64,000 nucleotides of DNA from Felis catus. Lineage: Eukaryota. The position numbers were made by a program, and so were the translations under genes. The notes under the pieces are model-generated. The model searched no databases. It was not told where the DNA came from and worked only from the letters and a program-made list of their open reading frames with translations. The stretch is from assembly GCF_018350175.1 (NCBI RefSeq), contig NC_058383.1:25484001-25548000 (forward strand), in the 5' to 3' direction. Positions 13,096 through 24,329 of this stretch are shown in pieces. Each line of letters begins with the position of its first letter. The first letter of the stretch is position 1.

Positions 13096-14854
13096 TTTTT
13101 TAAATTTACATCCTAGTTAGCATAAAGTGCAATAATGATTTCAGTAGAATCGGTGATTCATTCCCTACATATAACACCCAGTGCTCATTCCAACCAGTGG
13201 CCTCCTTAATGACCCTTGCCCATTTAGACCATCCCCCCACCCACAATGCCTCCAGTGACCCTCAGTTTGTTCTCTATATTTAAGAGTCTCTTATGTTTTG
13301 TCCTTCTTCCAGTTTTTATATTATTTTTGCTTCCCTTATGTTCATGTTTTGTATCTTAAATTCCACATATGAGTGAAGTCATATGATATTTGTCTTTCTC
13401 TGACTGATTTTGCTTAGCATAGTACCCTCTAGTTCCATCCATGTAGGTGCAAATGGCAAGATTTCATTCTTTCTGATTGTTCAGTAATAGTCCATTGTAT
13501 ATACATGTACCACATCTTCTTTATCCAGTCATCTTTTGATGGACATTTGGGCTCTTTCCATACTTTGGCTATTGTTGATAGTGCTGCTATAAACATTGAG
13601 GTGCATGTGCCCCTTTGAAACAGCACACCTGTATCCCGTGGATAAATACCTAGTAGTGCGATGGCTGGGTCATAGGGTATTTCTATTGTTACTTTTTTGA
13701 GGAACCTCCATACTGTTTTCCAGAGTGGCTGCATCAGTTTGCATTCTCACCAACAGTACAAAAGGGTTCCTCTTTCTCTGCATCGTCGCCAACATCTGTT
13801 GTTGCCTGAGTTGTTCATTTTAGCCATTCTAACTGGTATGACTGGTATGAGGTAGTATCTCATTGATTTGTATCTCCCTGATGACAAATGATGTTGAACA
13901 TTTTTTCATGCATCTATTAGCCATCTGGATATCCTCTTTAGAAAAGTGTCTATTTGGGGCACCTGGGTGGCTCAGTTGGTTAAGCATCCAACTTCAACTC
14001 AGGTCATCATCTCACCGTTCGTGGGTTCGAGCCTCATATTGGGGTCTGTGCTAACAGCGCAGAGCCTGGAGCCTGCTTTGGATTCTGTATCTCCCTCTCT
14101 CTCTACCCCTCCACTGCTCACACTCTGTGCCTCTCTCTCTCTCAAAAAAATAAACATTAAAAAAAAATTTTAAGTGTCTATTCATGTCTTTTGCCCATTT
14201 CTGCACTGAATTATTTGTTTTTTGGGTGTTGAGTTTGGTAAGTTCTTTATAGATTTTGGATACTAACCCTTTATGAGATATGTGATTTGCAAATATCCTC
14301 TCCCATTCTGTCAGTTGCCTTTTAGTTTTGCTGATTGTTTCCTTCACCGTGCAGAAGCTTTTTATCTTGATAAGATTCCAATAGTTCATTTTTGCTTTTG
14401 TTTCCCTTGCCTCCAGAAACATGTTGAGTAAGAAGTTGCTACATCTGAGGTCAAAGAGGTTTTTGCCTGCTTTCTTCTCTAGGAGTTTGATGGTGTCCTG
14501 TCTTACATTTAGGCCTTTCATCCGTTTTGCATTTATTTTTGTGTCTGGTGTAAGAAAGTGGTCCAGGTTCATTCTTCTGCATGTCGCTGTCCAGTTTTCC
14601 CAGCACCACTTGCTGAAGAGACTGTCTTTATTCCATTGGATATTCTTTCTTGCTTTGTCAAAGATTAGTTGGCCATACGTTTGTGGGTCTATTTCTGGGT
14701 TCTCTATTCTGTCCCTTTGATCTAAATGTCTGTTTTTGTACTGTCTTGATGGTTACAACTTTATAATACAACTTGAAGTCTGGAATTGTGATGCCTCCAG
14801 TTTGGTATTCTTTTTTCAGGATTGTTTTGGCTATTCAGGGTCTTTTCTGGTTCC
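13096..14854 (-). mobile_element. Carnivore L1, 5'-truncated (ORF2 3' part + 3' UTR)
   Basis: Minus-strand ORFs 14051-14572 and 13429-13734 translate to ORF2p ([28 protein letters not shown]); frameshifted. Confidence 0.93.
13956..14171 (+). mobile_element. CAN-SINE (SINEC_Fc-like) inserted in L1
   Basis: Full head, (CT)n, A-tail; TSD AAGTGTCTATT at 13944-13954 and 14172-14182. Confidence 0.93.
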
Positions 14855-16524
14855 AACAAAACAAACAAACTTTAAAAAAAAAACATTTATTGATAAACTA
14901 CTCTAGCTCCAACACTGCTTTGGGCTCAGGGTATACAAAGATGGAACACAGGACATGCCATAGTACAGTGGCTGGGAATGAAGGTCAACAACAGATAGAA
15001 CTAAGTGAACAATCTGGGTTCTGTCACTCATACACTGAATACTCTTGGGTAAGTCCCTGAGCATCTGTGAGCCTCAGTTTCCTCCTGTATAAAATGGGCT
15101 AGGGAAGCAAATGTAGTATATAACTCACAAAGTTATTTGTAAGAACACAAAATCAAGCACATCGTGACTGCTCAAACAGGCTCAGTTGTCAATGTTATTA
15201 TTAAACCAGTTCCTGTCTTGAAAGAACTCCATGTATTTGAAAGATATAATTATAAACAAGTTAAGACATGAGATAAGAGCCCAAGAAGCAGGAGGTAACT
15301 AAAGTCCACCTGAGGCATCAAGCAAGTCGCAGGAAAGGGGAAGACCCCAGCTCATTTTCTCATAAAAAAGGCATCTCTTCTGAGAGAAGACTTATCTCTA
15401 ATTACTTGATGACTTTGAAGCATTCAAAGGACTTCATGGATAATCACCCTTTCTTCCATTTGACCAAGGTCTTTGGCAAAGTACTTTCAGCTCTTCAGTT
15501 CTGCATGAATGTCTTGTGTGTCTGTTTCTGAGTTTAATAGATCTCCATTCTCTCATATATTGCATCTAAGATGTCCTTGGAACATAATATGTCTTCAATT
15601 CATCATAAAATTACAGCAGTAAAAAGCACCTTAGGTACCATCTACCCTACACTTCTGCATTCACTGGAAGGGAAGTCCCAGAGAGGTGAAGTCACTTGTC
15701 TGAGATGACACAACTAACCTGGTGACCCACCTGGACCAGATCCAAGGTCTTGTGATGTCCACTCCAAGGTGATTTCCAGCCTACCATGCTGCCTACTCCT
15801 CTAATTTCTCCTGCCACCTAACACCAGACGTCCACCCCCATAGTCCTTTTTTTCTGTATTTCTTTATGTTTTCTTCATTCATAGTGGGGTGGCAAGTTGA
15901 GGGCCAACTTGTCATGAGAAAATTACTTTGTCTCACTGAGTCTGTTTTCCCATATGTAAAATTATGTTAAGACCAACTTCACAGATTTGGTGTGAAGATT
16001 AAAGGAGAGAATTTAAGTGGAAGTAAGAAATGCTATATATTGTCTTTGATTCTCAGAACAGTTGTATGTGGTGGATTCAGAATTCAGACTTAGCTGGATC
16101 TGACTGCAATGAGTATGCACTTTGCACACATTTCTGGCATTTTATAGATGGTTAACAAATAAAAGAAATCAGCTTCCAAAAAGGTTAGGCAGATACTTTC
16201 CCTGTTCCTCCCACTAAGTACAACTAAAATCCATGGACATTATGTATAAAACAAACATAAGTACAACTCCTACTCCCACCTGAAGTAAAAAGGAAGCATT
16301 ATTTTCTTCTCCTGCCAGAAAGCAGTGTCAGACACAATCGGCCAAACCAGAACCAGAGCCTCATAATGCAATATAAAAATGTACATACTTCAACTGAAAA
16401 TCACTTATCATACCAAGAATCAGGAATATCTCAAACTGAATTAAAAAAAAAAACAATCAATAGATGCCAACAACAAGATCCCAAAGATGTTAAAAATAAT
16501 CTGACAAGGAATTTAAGTTTTTTT

Positions 16525-16766
16525 GGGTTTTTTTTTTTTGGTTTTTTTTTTTAATTTTTTTTTTAACGTTTATTTATTTTTGGGACAGAGAGAAACAGAG
16601 CATGAACGGGGGAGGGGCAGAGAGAGAGGGAGACACAGAATCGGAAACAGGCTCCAGGCTCCGAGCCATCAGCCCAGAGCCTGACGCAGGGCTCGAACTC
16701 ACGGACCGCGAGATCGTGACCTGGCTGAAGTCGGACGCTTAACCGACTGCGCCACCCAGGCGCCCC
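16525..16766 (-). mobile_element. Very young CAN-SINE (SINEC_Fc)
   Basis: CpGs largely intact, long T-tail; TSD AGGAATTTAAGTTTTTTT at 16507-16524 and 16767-16784. Confidence 0.95.
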
Positions 16767-16784
16767 AGGAATTTAAGTTTTTTT

Positions 16785-16981
16785 AATGTTTACTTATTTA
16801 GAGAGAGGGGGACAGCAGAAGTGGAGGGGAGGGGCAGAGAGAGAGAGAGAGAGAGAGAGAAAGAATCCAAAGCAGGCTCCAGGCTCTGAGCTATCAGCCC
16901 AGAGCTGGATGTGGGGCTCAAACCCACAAACCACAACCTGACATGTCAGACACTTAACTGACTCAGCCACTCAACTGCCCC
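16785..16981 (-). mobile_element. Older CAN-SINE
   Basis: Decayed head, (AG)n; TSD AATCTGACAAGGAATTTAA at 16498-16516 and 16982-17000. Confidence 0.9.
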
Positions 16982-17819
16982 AATCTGACAAGGAATTTAA
17001 AGCAGCCATTGTACAAATGCTTTAGCGGGCAATTACAAAAACACTCAAAACAAATGCAAAAATTGAAAACCTCAGGAAATAAATGGAAAGCCTTAGCCAA
17101 CAAGTAGAAAATATGAAAAAGAACCAAATAAAACTTTAGAACTGAAAAATGCAACAAAAAATTAAAACTCAGTGAACACACTCAACAGTAGAAAGGATGG
17201 AAGAAAGGAAACAATCAGTGAACTGGGAGATAGAACTAAAGGAATTATCCAATCTGAACAACAGAGAGAAAATAGACTGAAAAAAGAAAAATGAATAGAG
17301 TCTTAAGGACTTGTCAGACTATAAAAGATGTCTAATAACTCTTATGTTATTAGAGTCCCAAAAGGAGAGGAAAAAGAGGGTAAATCTGAAAAAGTACTCA
17401 AAGAAATAATGGCTGAAAATTTCCCAAATTTGGTCAAAGACATAAACCTACAGGTTCAAGAAGCTAAGCAACCCCCAAACCCAAAGAGAACCACATGTAA
17501 TAATTAAACCTCTGGAAACTAATGGCCAATAAAAAGTCCTAAAAACAGCCAGAAGAAAAATATGACACCTTACCAATAGAAAAGAATAATTCAAATGACA
17601 TGAGATTTATTATCAGAAACTATGGAGGCTAGAAGGAAATGGCACATATTCTCAGGTACAAAAAGAAAAGGACTGCCAATCCAGAATCCTATACACAGTG
17701 AAAACATCCTTCAGGAATAAAGAAGAAATCAACATGTTCTCAAGTGAAGGAAAACTAAGAGAATTTGTCACCAGCAGCCTAAAGAATGGCTAAAGCTCTC
17801 TAAACAGGAAATCATTTTT

Positions 17820-17881
17820 TTTTAATTTTTTAACATTTTTATTTTTTGAGAGACAGAGACAGACAGAGCGCTAGATCCCAA
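17820..17881 (-). mobile_element. 5'-truncated CAN-SINE tail
   Basis: Only the T-tail and gagagacagagacagacagagcg remain; flanked by AGGAAAT(C/A)ATTTTT at 17806-17819 and 17882-17895. Confidence 0.65.
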
Positions 17882-17911
17882 AGGAAATAATTTTTAAAAA
17901 GGAACCTTGTA

Positions 17912-18128
17912 GGGGCACTTGAGTGACTCAGTCGGTTAAGTGTCCGACTTTGGCTCAGGTCATGATCTCAGGGTTCGTGGGCTCGGGCCCCACGTCGGGC
18001 TCTGGGCTGACAGCTCAAAGCCTGGAGCCTCCTTTGGATTCTGTGTCTCCCTCTCTTTCTGCCCCTCCCCAACTAGCTCTCTGTCTGTCTCTGTCTCCCA
18101 AAAATAAATAAACATTAAAAAAAAATTT
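17912..18128 (+). mobile_element. CAN-SINE (SINEC_Fc-like)
   Basis: Full length; TSD AAAAGGAACCTTGTA at 17897-17911 and 18129-18143. Confidence 0.93.
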
Positions 18129-18357
18129 AAAAGGAACCTTGTAACATCATGGAAGACAGAACACAGTAAACAAAACCCTGGTAAAAACAGTAAGCTTTCC
18201 TTTTCCTCTTGAGTTTTCCAAAATTTGTTTGATGACTGGAGAAAAATAGATAAATCATCACTATAAGAAAAGAAAAATATTTGGAACTTAATTTTTATGA
18301 TCCTTTCTTTATAAAAAAAACTTTTTTCCTTGACATGTTCATTATTTAGAATCTCCA

Positions 18358-18488
18358 GGGGTTCCTGGGTGGCTCAGTCAGTTACCATCTGACTTCGATT
18401 CCGGTCATGATCTCACCACTCATGAGTTCGAGCCCCGCATCTGGCTCCATGCTGACAGGTCAGAGCCCGGAGCCTGCTTTGGACTCTG

Positions 18489-18522
<34 letters not shown>

Positions 18523-18620
18523 TCTCTGCCCCTCCCCTACTCACACTCTCTCTCTCTCAAAAATAAGTAAACATTAAAAAATTATAATTAAAAAAATAAT
18601 AATAATATAAAAAATAAAAA
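18358..18620 (+). mobile_element. CAN-SINE with expanded (CT)n and AT-rich tail
   Basis: Head ggggttcctgggtggctcagtc, B-box gagttcgagccc, (CT)n, tail. Confidence 0.9.
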
Positions 18621-19227
18621 GGTCCAGATCGCAAGATCTATCTGACATACATCACTTGTCCTTTGTCAAATCCTGCTCAGGTAAGGCACAATGCACCTAG
18701 CACCCCAAAAATTCTCCTTTGTCTAAGAACTTCCCTTAAACGTGGCTAAATCAGAATTCTTTGATTGCAAGTGACAGATACTCAATTTGAAACAGCTTCT
18801 AAGAAATGGCTGGTATCAGTGTCTGCAATGCCATCAAGCCTTCCTTCCATCTCTGTCTCATGCTGGCTTCTTCCTTCTGCACATCAGTTTCATGATCATT
18901 TATCTGAGCTTTCTCTGAGTTTATATTCTAACAGTCCTGGGGCTAGAGTAGAAAAAGAATTTTCTCCTTTACCTCCCATTTGGAAAAAAAAAAAAAAAAA
19001 AAAAAACCTCCCAGGGAAGGACTCTGGTCATTTGTGGGTCTTTTCTTCCTCTTTGACCAATCTCCTAGACCTGTGTCTAGGGGGTAGAATCTGTTAGCAA
19101 AAGAGAGTCTTGTATGCTGACCAAACAAAACCTGTGACCTGAAACCAAAATAAGGCTTGGCTATTCTCTTCCCACTGAGTTGATCTTCCTTAACTAAGAA
19201 TCCTTAAGTAATCTGATGATAGCAGAG

Positions 19228-19444
19228 CAGGGTTTCTCAAGCTCAGTCCTACTAACAACATGGGCCATATCAGACTGTAGGGGCTCTCCTGTGCACTGGA
19301 GGATGTTCAGCAGCATCCCAGTTCTCTCTACCCACTAGATGCCAGGAGCAATGGTCCATCTCCCAGCTGTAACAACCAAAAATATCTCCAGACATTGCCA
19401 AGACTTCCCTGGGAAGCAAAACTGCTCCCGATTGAGAGCCACTG
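19228..19444 (-). mobile_element. MER20 hAT-Charlie MITE
   Basis: TIR-like ends CAGGGTTTCTCAA / TTGAGAGCCACTG; internal acccactagatgccag and aatatctccagacattgccaa. Confidence 0.85.
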
Positions 19445-21927
19445 AAATACAGGAACATGAGATGAGAGAGCAGAGGACATTTTCCCAGAAATTATTATCA
19501 ATGTGGACATCTTGGGGGATGGAAGAGAGGATAAGGAGAAAGACATGGTATAAGTGAGGGAAGGAGAGAAGGAAGAATGGAGACTGTAGCACTTCCAGCA
19601 CCTCCTATATCATTTTCCCATTAGCCCCTTGGCACCAATTAATTTATCATATTATCTGTTTGTCAACTCGGAAGAAGAGCTAGGGTCCCAGGGCATGTGA
19701 AACAGAATGAGACATATAAATACTTCAGCCTGAGGGCATGAGGAGGGGAGAAGGGACTAAGGTTTCAGACTCCTTAATGGAGGAGGTAGATGGTGATAAT
19801 TGAGCATCAGTGATTCTAACCTGGGGTCGTTGGATCATGTTTCTTGTGTCTACTACCAATATTAGTAAGAGTGATCTCATATAATTTAGAGTTTTCAATG
19901 GGTTTTCTCAGACTCAGTCTTATTTGATTCTCTCCCACAAACCCTGTGAAGTGGGCAAGGAAAAATCTTGTTATGCCCATTTACAGATGAGGAAACTGAT
20001 ATCCATAAGATGGGAAATAGAAGCACTATCATGTGGGCAGTAAAAGTGTGGGGCTTTTAATACAAACAAACCCAGCCTCAATTCTTAGCTGCATCACTTA
20101 CTAGTTATTTAATCTTGTCAAGTTACTTAACCTCTCATCTGTAAAATGGATTCAATGCCTAGGTAATACAGGTTGTCATGAAAATTAAATTGGCTAATGT
20201 AGGTAAAGAATTTATTATGGTACCTGGCACTTAGCAAGCATATACTAAAGGGTAACAAGTATTAGTACCATAATTATCACCTATCATCACTGAAATGCTA
20301 AGAAAAATTAAAATTAAGCAATTTAACCAGAGTCTCACTGCCAATAAATGATGATTCTGATCCTTAAATTCATTTTCTGTAATGACTGAGACTGAGTAAG
20401 GGGTTGAGACTGAGTGTCCACTAAGGTGTGTGGTACTTTACATAACGGTACTGAATATCCCTATAATATTGAGAATCAGTCATTGGTATCTCCATTTCAC
20501 AGATGAAAACATCTGAAACAGAGAAGTAATTTGCCCACTGTCACTCAGGTTGAAGGTGGAGGCAGATTATCAGGTTTATATTATGAAGCCCTCCCACTCA
20601 TTCTTTTGCAATTCTAGTGACTGGCTGGTGTATGTGATGGCAACATAACTCTGGCCTCAAAGACCTGAGAAGTCTCAGGCAGTATGGGAGCTTTTAAGAA
20701 AGCTTGTCCTCACTGGAAAAAAAAAAAAAAAAAGATTCACAGGGGAGAAATGGCCCCTCTTTTGTGTGGTATGCACAAAATAGCTGCCACCATCTTGCAA
20801 GCGTGAGAAGAACAAACTGGAGGGGAAAAGAGAAACATCAAAGATAACAGCGTAGAAGAAGACAGCAAAAAATCTGAGCCCTTGATCATATTACTCAACC
20901 AATTGCTGATTGAACAGCCCTAAGCACCTCTCTCAGGACTTGTTTTCATGTAAGAAAACAAATCTTTTTTGTTTCATCCATTTGAATCAGGCTTTCTGTT
21001 ACTTGCATCCAAATGTACTCTGATACAATCAACACAAATAATAATTCCTTTACTACTGATAAGAATAGGATTCACTGTACACTGACAACATTGGAAATAC
21101 TGTACTAAGCTTCTTAGATTTCATATTGCATTTAATATTTCATATAGCAAATCATAAAGTAGATACTACTATTAACTCTATTTTACAGATATGTAATAGA
21201 GCGGAGTAAAGAAAACTAACATTTGTAGGTTGACAATACATAACCTCTTGGGACACTGGGGAGATGGCTCAGAATGCAGACTCTTGAGTCAGACCATCTT
21301 GTTGAAATCCAATGTTATCACTTACTGGCCATGTGATCTTGGGCAATTACTTACCAAGTATTCTCTTGGAGCTTGTTTCTTCACCCTTAAAATGGATAAG
21401 AAAATTGCATCTCTAAGTGGTATTAGGATGAAATGAGGTTCATCCAATCAACAAATGTTGTGTGCATGATTTAATGTTCCTCATAGTTCGGCAAGGTTGG
21501 GAGATACTACCCCTTTTACATAAATGAAAAAACTAAGGTTTAAAGAGGTTAAATCAGTTGTCACACACACACTACTAATAAGCAGGGTGTTGGGATTCAG
21601 ATCTAACTAGGTTTCTTTTAGTAGCAAAGAACTGGGTGTAGTTACATGACAAAGGCTGTTTGGGGCAGGGGCTAGGACAGAGAGGTGGAAGGACAGATTA
21701 AGCCCAGGTTGTGAAAAGCCCTTTGTGCTTTGTCAAGGAACATGGGCAACATGTTGGGTGAACTGTGAGAAGAGGGAGGCTGTGGGGGGCAGGAAAGGTG
21801 GGCACTACCAGATGGGTGACCCTCAATCTACAGAAGTGCAGCCAGTCTCTAGGCACACACTCTCCAAGGATGGTTATGGGATCACCAACCCAGGTGGCCC
21901 TGTTAATTATGAGATTTGCCTTGTGCA

Positions 21928-22750
21928 CTGTGGTATTGTGATTTATAATAAGAAATATGTTAGGTCTTTGCCCCATTCCTGGCACAGGGCTTCTAAAACC
22001 CTAGGAATTTCAGAAGTATAGAGAGCTACAGAGGTGTCTTTGTTATGTTAATTTCAAAAGTATAGAGAGCTACAGAGGTGTCTTTGTTATGTCATGTTAT
22101 GTCTATGTTATGTTAATGCCTTTGGATTGAGCCTATCAATGGGGGCTGGTTCACCAGGAGGTCCATCCCTGTGATTCGAGGGTTGGAACTTTCAGTTCCT
22201 CCCACTACCACTTTAGGGAAGACAGAGGGACTGAAGAATGAGTTCAATCAACAGCAGTCAATGATTTATTCAATCATGCCTATGTAATAAAGCCTCCAGA
22301 AAAACTTACCTGGTGTGGGGATTCAGATAGCTTCTGGGTTAGTGAACTCAGAGAGGGCATGGAAGCTGCATGCCCCTTTCCCCATACCTTGCCCTATGTA
22401 TTCCTTCCATCTGGCTGTTCCTGAGTCATATCCTTTTATAATAACCTAGGAAGTGAAACGTTTCTCTGAGTTTTGTGAGCTGCTCTAGCAAATTAATTGA
22501 ACCCAAAGAAAGGTTCTTGGGAACCTCTGATTTATAGCCAGTCAGTAAAAAGCACATGTAACAATCTGGGCTTGGGACTGGCATCTGAAGTGATTGGGGT
22601 GGGGAGGGGAGCAGTTCTGTAAGACTGAGCCCTTAATCTGGGAATCTGATGCTATCTCCAGGTACATGGTGTGAGAACTGAGTTGAATCATAGGGACACC
22701 CAGTTGGTACTGGACACTTGCTGGTGTAAGGGAAAAAAAACCCACACACT
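21928..22750 (+). mobile_element. ERV solo LTR (MER21-like)
   Basis: Starts tgtggtattgtgatttataataagaaatat; contains typical MER21-family motifs (gggttggaactttcag, tgccctatg..ttccatctggctgttc); 3' end approximate. Confidence 0.65.
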
Positions 22751-23189
22751 GGCATTCATATCCAAATATTATACACTCTTGTCATCAAAAATCTATGTCG
22801 CTGATGGTTACAGTTCAGTCACCTCTCCATCAGCTGACATGGGCATAAACTGACCTCAAGCATTTGGGTAATCAGGGTTCTGAAGTCTGAAACTCCCTTA
22901 TTCCAAAAAGCAAATGAACTAATAGCTACAGTAGGGCATTTGGGTTAGAATCCTTAGTATCTAGGTGATTGAAGCACAATGCCTAACTCTTGGGAACTCA
23001 GTGTAATTGTTCTGGAGTCAGACTACATGGGTTTAAATCTTGGGCTGTGTAATCTCAGATAAATTATTTATAAACTCTCTGAGGCTGTTTCCTCATCTAT
23101 AAAATGGGAAAGATAGTTTTACTTACCTGTTAAAATGATGGAGAAGAAATTATGTAAGTCATACACTCAATAATAGTCAATGAAGATTT

Positions 23190-23610
23190 TCTATATGCTA
23201 GTCAGCTCTGGTGGTGACAAGACAGACAATATCCCTGTTCTCATGGAGCTCTCATTGGAGTGGGAGGGAAGAGATGATACACAGATAATTAAAATAACAA
23301 AATAACATCAAGCAGTGATCAAACTATAGTTGCTTTGACACAGAAGAGGAAGTTTGAACAGAGAGGTGAATAATGGTTGAGCAGGAGGAACAGCAAGTGC
23401 AAAGGACCTGAGGTGAAACAGAGTTTGGCATGACTGTAAAAGAAAATAAAAGGACAGTGTGTCTGGACATACTAAGCAAAGGGTAGAGCAGTGTAAGAGG
23501 TAGTCAAGGGCTGGATCCTGGGAAGCCTCTTTACTCTTGCTGGCACTTTGGATTTTACTCAACTTAAAAAGAAAAGACATTAGTGGAGGTTTTTAAACAG
23601 AAGTTCTTAC
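23190..23610 (-). mobile_element. L2 relic
   Basis: ccctgttctcatggagct..., aggaacagcaagtgcaaaggacctgagg, ttggattttactc motifs. Confidence 0.6.
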
Positions 23611-23638
23611 CTAAGTGCCATCTATTCTAAAATTCATA

Positions 23639-24184
23639 TGCAAGATTTGGTTTAATCAGGTATGGTAAGACACACAGACATGGAAATGACTGTCATAAAG
23701 GAAGTTTATACTCACAGATCCCTAGAAATAAAAGGCATGTCATGCAGGGCCACATGAGGAACCACCAGAGGAAGTCAGGAGGCGGAGGTGGGAGAGGGCA
23801 AAGCCCAGATCTTGTGTGGGAATTCTCACAGGAAGAAATGGGTCAGGCAGGGTAGGTACAGTGAATAACTTTGGATTGGATAGTTTAAGTAATTTCAATA
23901 GGCTCTGGGCTGTAAGAGTGGTCCCTAGTTGTCTAGTACCTGGCCCTGGAGTGACTTAGGGCAGGGGGAACATTGGCTGTTATGTAAAGAGTTTGACAAA
24001 GGAGATGGTTGGGAGTGTGGGCTCTGAATTAGTTGGTGTGCCTAGCAAAAGTGTGCCTGAACAGAGTTGTTTGCTGTCTCTAGGAAGTAGCAAGCCCTGG
24101 GAGGGACAGTCTCTCTAGAATCCAGGCCCCAAGTGCGAGGACATCAAGAATACACAAAATCAAAATAAGAGAATACAATCAACA
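23639..24184 (-). mobile_element. ERVL solo LTR (MER74-like)
   Basis: Reverse complement begins tgttgattgtattct...tgtattcttgatg...gactgtccctcccagggcttgctacttcctagagacagcaaacaactc; TG...CA ends. Confidence 0.65.
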
Positions 24185-24329
24185 TGCTATCACATAACAA
24201 GCTTTCCGTAAATGATATCTATTAGTATTACCTCTAAGATGAGGGCAATGAAAATTTCCGGTAATTATATAGTTATTCAAGGTATACAAGGAACTGAAAA
24301 TGTAGGAAGTCTTTAAGAGTTTTATTTCT

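Larger units (their letters stand above)
12994..14880 (+). mobile_element. Short CAN-SINE (SINEC_c-like; body ~12994-13095) whose tail is split by an L1; tail resumes ~14855-14880
   Basis: Head ggggtgcctagctggttcagtcag...gtagagatt. TSD AAACATTTATTGA at 12978-12990 and 14881-14893 encloses both the SINE and the L1. Confidence 0.75.
16180..18260 (+). mobile_element. Old L1M 5' region/ORF1 relic, interrupted by four SINEs
   Basis: gaaataatggctgaaaatttcccaaatttggtcaaagacataaacctacaggttcaagaagct (~17403-17465) reads EIMAENFPNLVKDINLQVQEA, typical of L1 ORF1p; many stops. Confidence 0.75.
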
